A DNA stretch of 64,000 nt. It comes from an uncultured delta proteobacterium (lineage in GTDB: Bacteria; Myxococcota; Myxococcia; Myxococcales; Myxococcaceae). The notes under the pieces are model-generated. The model did not search any database, was not told the DNA's origin, and worked only from the letters and a program-made list of their open reading frames with translations. The DNA is taken from NCBI GenBank assembly GCA_963776345.1, contig CAVZMH010000015.1, positions 128,001-192,000 of the forward strand, given 5' to 3'. The first letter of the stretch is position 1. Every line of letters begins with the position of its first letter. The position numbers and the translations under genes were made by a program. Below are positions 58,735 to 64,000 of the stretch, in pieces.

Positions 58735-58812
58735 CATCCGTGAACGCGTTCGTGGGAGGCCCCGAGGGGGTCGACGGCGCCCCGTGGCAGTGTCGAGAGG
58801 CGGAACCGTAGG

Positions 58813-60006
58813 ATGCAACTCGTGGACAACCTGGCTGCGCCGACCCGCATCCTGATCGTCGACGATGATGCCTCCGTCCGCGATGTGATCTCCGTGCTCC
58901 TCCAGGAGGAAGGGTACGACTGCCGCACCGCCAGCTCGGCGGAGGCGGCGCTGGACGTGGCCGCCGCCGAGGCGCCGCCGCTGGTGATCAGCGACATGAA
59001 GATGCCGGGGCGCGACGGCATCTGGCTGCTGGAGGCGTTCCGCGAGCGGTACCCCGAGACCGCGGTGATCATGCTCACCGGCTACGGCGACACCGAGGCC
59101 GCGGTGGATTGCCTGCGGCGCGGCGCGGTGGACTACCTGCTCAAGCCGCCCAAGCTGACCGACCTCATCCGCGCCATCGAGCGCGCGCTGGCCAAGCGGC
59201 GCATCGAGCTGGCCCGCAAGCGGTACCAGAAGAAGCTGGAGCGCAAGGTGCGCGACCGCACCGGCGAGCTGCGGACCGCGCTGCGGAACATCCAGGGCAC
59301 CTACCAGACCACGCTCCTGGCGCTGGTCCGGGCGCTGGACGCGCGCGAGCACGAGACCAGCGACCACAGTCAGCGGGTAGTGAAGTACACCGAGGTCATC
59401 GCCGAGCGGCTGGGCCTGCGCGGCCCGGAGCTCGAGGAGATCGGCCGCGGCGCGCTGCTCCACGACATCGGGAAGATCGGCGTGCCCGACGCGGTGCTGC
59501 TCAAGCCGGCGAAGCTGACGCCGGAAGAGTGGAAGGAGATGCGGCGGCATCCGGAAATCGGCTACGACATGATCCGGAGCATCGAATTCCTCAACACCCC
59601 GGCGGCGATCGTGCTCAGCCACCAGGAGCGCTTCGACGGGAAGGGGTATCCGCGCTGCCTCCGCGGCGAGGAGATCCACATCGGCGCGCGGATCTTCGCC
59701 GTGGCCGACACGCTCGATGCGATGACCTCGGACCGGCCGTACCGGCGCGGGACGACCTTCGAGAACGCGGTGGCCGAGGTCCAGCGCTGCGCGGGCTCCC
59801 AGTTCGATCCCGAGGTGGTCCGGGCCTTCCTGGACATCGGGGTGAAGAACCTCCGGCGGATCAAGGAAGACATGGCCGCCGCCAAGGCGCGTGAGGCCGG
59901 GCAGGTCGAGCAGGACGCCCGCGACGCCGAAGAAGCGCTCGATCGCGCGCTGAACGACTCGGTCGACGCCGACGTCGCCGCGCGCATCGCGCAGGGACAG
60001 CGCTAG
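58813..60006 (+). CDS. Response regulator with HD-GYP cyclic-dinucleotide phosphodiesterase domain
   Basis: REC VDDD...SDMKMP...LTG...KP; HSQRV, LLHDIGK, HQERFDGKGYP, AVADTLDAMTSDRPY. Confidence 0.94.
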   Translation: MQLVDNLAAPTRILIVDDDASVRDVISVLLQEEGYDCRTASSAEAALDVAAAEAPPLVISDMKMPGRDGIWLLEAFRERYPETAVIMLTGYGDTEAAVDCLRRGAVDYLLKPPKLTDLIRAIERALAKRRIELARKRYQKKLERKVRDRTGELRTALRNIQGTYQTTLLALVRALDAREHETSDHSQRVVKYTEVIAERLGLRGPELEEIGRGALLHDIGKIGVPDAVLLKPAKLTPEEWKEMRRHPEIGYDMIRSIEFLNTPAAIVLSHQERFDGKGYPRCLRGEEIHIGARIFAVADTLDAMTSDRPYRRGTTFENAVAEVQRCAGSQFDPEVVRAFLDIGVKNLRRIKEDMAAAKAREAGQVEQDARDAEEALDRALNDSVDADVAARIAQGQR

Positions 60007-60082
60007 GTCAGGGCGGCCGCAGTCGAGGTCCAGGTCAGCGTGTCGTCAGGCGGGCGATCGTCGGCGAGGTCAGGGCGGCCGC
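60005..60082 (+). repeat. 16-bp direct repeat AGGTCAGGGCGGCCGC x2 between convergent genes
   Basis: Copies at 60005-60020 and 60067-60082; related copy at 20964. Confidence 0.7.
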
Positions 60083-60105
60083 GCCTACAGGTTTCCAGTC
60101 GGCGC

Positions 60106-62092
<1,987 letters not shown>

Positions 62093-62183
62093 CGGCGAAG
62101 GACACTACACGAGCCGGGCGCCGCCGGGGGACCGCGGCGCGCGACGCCGTTCGATGCGCGACGGCGCTCGCGTCCGTCCTTCC

Positions 62184-62626
62184 ATGCCCACCCCGGTCCG
62201 CTTCGTCCTCGTCCACCCGCGCACGCCGGAGAACCTGGGCGCCGCCCGGGCGCTGAAGAACTTCGGCCAGCAGGAGTGGACCTGGGTTCGCCCTCCGTGT
62301 GCCATGCCCTCTCCCGCATCCCAACGGACGCCCGCCAGCCGTCGCTCAACCTGGCCCAGGCCATCTGCGTCTACGCCTTCGCGCTCTCTCGCGGACCGCC
62401 CCGGCGCGTCGGGTCCGGGCCCCGGCCGAGCACCGACGCCGAGCTGCGCCGACTCGAGCGCGTGCTCGACGGCGTTCTGCGGACCGCCGGATTCGTCCAT
62501 CCGGGTCGGGCCGGGGTGGAGCCTCTGGTAGCACCGTGGCGCCGGGGTGGGCTGACCCGGACGGAGGCAAGACTCTGGGAGGGGGCCATCCGGACGCTTG
62601 CTCGGTCGCTAGACAAAGCCCAGTGA
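62184..62626 (+). pseudogene. trmJ: TrmJ/TrmH-type SPOUT RNA methyltransferase with internal deletion and frameshift
   Basis: MPTPVRFVLVHPRTPENLGAARALKNFG...WVRP joins out of frame (about 62295) to CHALSRIPT....PSLNLAQA; the central FG.E..GL segment is absent. Confidence 0.75.
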
Positions 62627-62722
62627 TGACAGGCACTTGACCCATTCCACAGGGTTGCCGATCGGGAGTCTGGGGTCGGGAAGCGGACCACCGGCCGGTC
62701 TGGTTAAGGTGGCTCCCCTCCC

Positions 62723-63815
62723 GTGAGCTCCGCCGCCACAGCCCAGGTCGCAGCCCCCCGCCCCGACTTTTCACGAGCGGCCGCAGCCGGACCCGCGCGA
62801 CCGCGCGCAACCGGCCCTCCGCCCGGAACGGCAGGCGCTGCTCCGCGCTCGGATCAAGGACCTGCAGCTCCAGCTCAGCGGCACCCACCTCGAGCGCCTC
62901 ATCCAGCAGCTGCACGACGAGCTCGGCGCCCGGGGCATCGACATCCGGCCCCAGTGCTACCTCAGCGACGAGTGGGGCTGCCCGTCCGGCATCCCGGTCA
63001 TCGGCATCCCCTTCTACCTGGCCAACCCGGCGCTCCAGTCCATCGAGGGCGAGCTGGGCGGGGGCGTGGAGTCGGAGCGCGAGATCCTGATGTACCTCCG
63101 CCACGAGGCGGGGCACTGCTTCAACTACGCCTACCGGCTCTACGAGACCGCGGCCTGGAAGACGCTCTTCGGCGACTACCACCAGCCGTACAAGGAAGAC
63201 TTCAAGCCCAAGCCCTTCAGCCGGGCGTACGTGACCCACATCCCGGGCTGGTACGCGCAGAAGCACCCGGACGAGGACTTCGCCGAGACCTTCGCGGTGT
63301 GGCTCACCCCGGGGCTCGACTGGCGCCAGCGCTACCGGAACTGGGGCGCGGCCCTGAAGAAGCTCCAGTACGTGGACGCGACCGCGCAGGAGCTGGGGCA
63401 CCGGCCGCCTCAGGTTGCGCTCGACACCCACGACATCGACGCCGACCAGATGGAGGAGACGGTCGCCGACTACTACCGGCTCCGCGACCTGGCCGAGCGC
63501 GTGGACCTCGAGATCGGCGAGAAGCTCGACACCGAGCTGTTCCAGCTCTTCGAGCCGCCCGGCTCTGCCACCGCCTCGGCGGCGCAGATGCTCCGCGACC
63601 AGCGGCAGACGCTCATCCTGGCGGCGACCCAGTACTCGGGCGTGAACCGGGCGGTGGTGCGCAGCGTGGTGGACCACCTGACCGACCGGACCGACCAGCT
63701 GAAGCTCACCGCCGCGCCGGATCGAGCGAGCGGCTACGTCGCCCACCTCGGCTCGCTGCTCACCGCGCTGGCGATGAACGAGCTCTACACCGGCCGACTC
63801 TTCGACACCGAGTAG
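62723..63815 (+). CDS. Putative zinc-binding metallopeptidase (zincin); +1 indel in TTTT at 62768-62771
   Basis: DEWGCP..IPVIGIPFYL, RHEAGH, YAQKHPDEDFAETFAVW. The main frame is open back to a TGA at 62724 and has no start before the conserved part; removing one T joins it to the GTG at 62723 (1093 nt = 364 codons + 1). Confidence 0.8.
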
Positions 63816-63851
63816 CCGAATCGCCGCGGTCGGCGTAAAGTTCCGCGAGGA

Positions 63852-64000
63852 ATGACGCTCCCCTCGCTGAGAATCGCCATCCTCCACTACCAGCCCAAGG
63901 GCGACGAGGTGGATCCGGTGGTGACTCAGCTCACCGAGGCGCTGACGTCGCTCGGGCATCAGCCCTCCACAGTGGCCGTGGACGACCGGGTGAGCGAGAT
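63852..64000 (+). CDS. N-terminus of a probable D-Ala-D-Ala-ligase-like ATP-grasp protein (truncated by the window)
   Basis: MTLPSLRIAILHYQ...VVTQLTEALTSLGHQP resembles the pre-ATP-grasp start (R.A.L...AL..LGH); GAGG SD; only 49 codons visible. Confidence 0.5.
   Translation, partial: MTLPSLRIAILHYQPKGDEVDPVVTQLTEALTSLGHQPSTVAVDDRVSE

Noticed and set aside
62760..62775. Programmed ribosomal frameshift in the peptidase gene
   Set aside because: Only a 4-T run without a recognisable stimulatory element; similar indels elsewhere point to sequence error.

Overview
Very GC-rich (clearly >70% by eye), gene-dense chromosomal segment of a myxobacterium (Myxococcota). The block ald - ECF sigma (rpoE1-like) - ZAS anti-sigma - frzS - conserved gene - coaX - birA matches the order I recall for the Myxococcus xanthus rpoE1/frzS locus. 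Most of the window is housekeeping: aroF-aroA-aroE-aroC (split by a LysR/GST pair), a Clp ATPase, nadD, namZ, mutS2, rnr, moeA, ribA, a lipoate/2-oxoacid dehydrogenase cluster (lpdA-lipA-E2-lipB), thiO, a REC-HD-GYP regulator and thiC under a TPP riboswitch. I see no rRNA, tRNA, CRISPR array, IS or prophage. Best candidates for an undescribed system: (1) an 8-gene, largely translationally coupled operon that joins a Yip1/TolC/MacAB-type exporter to an extended DUF692 (MNIO) iron enzyme and a membrane-anchored unknown protein, with no visible precursor peptide; (2) a double HARE-HTH + catalytically degenerate Mrr-like protein overlapped by a stand-alone ClpX zinc-finger ORF; (3) a second ClpX-zinc-finger/P-loop gene and a LipB-Nudix fusion inside the lipoate operon; (4) a Lys/Ala-rich, duplicated-domain, chagasin-like protein upstream of RNase R; (5) a zincin peptidase + ATP-grasp pair at the right edge. 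Three genes carry 1-2 nt indels (possibly assembly errors) and a trmJ-like gene has an internal deletion. All family calls come from motif recognition by eye; no database searches were run.
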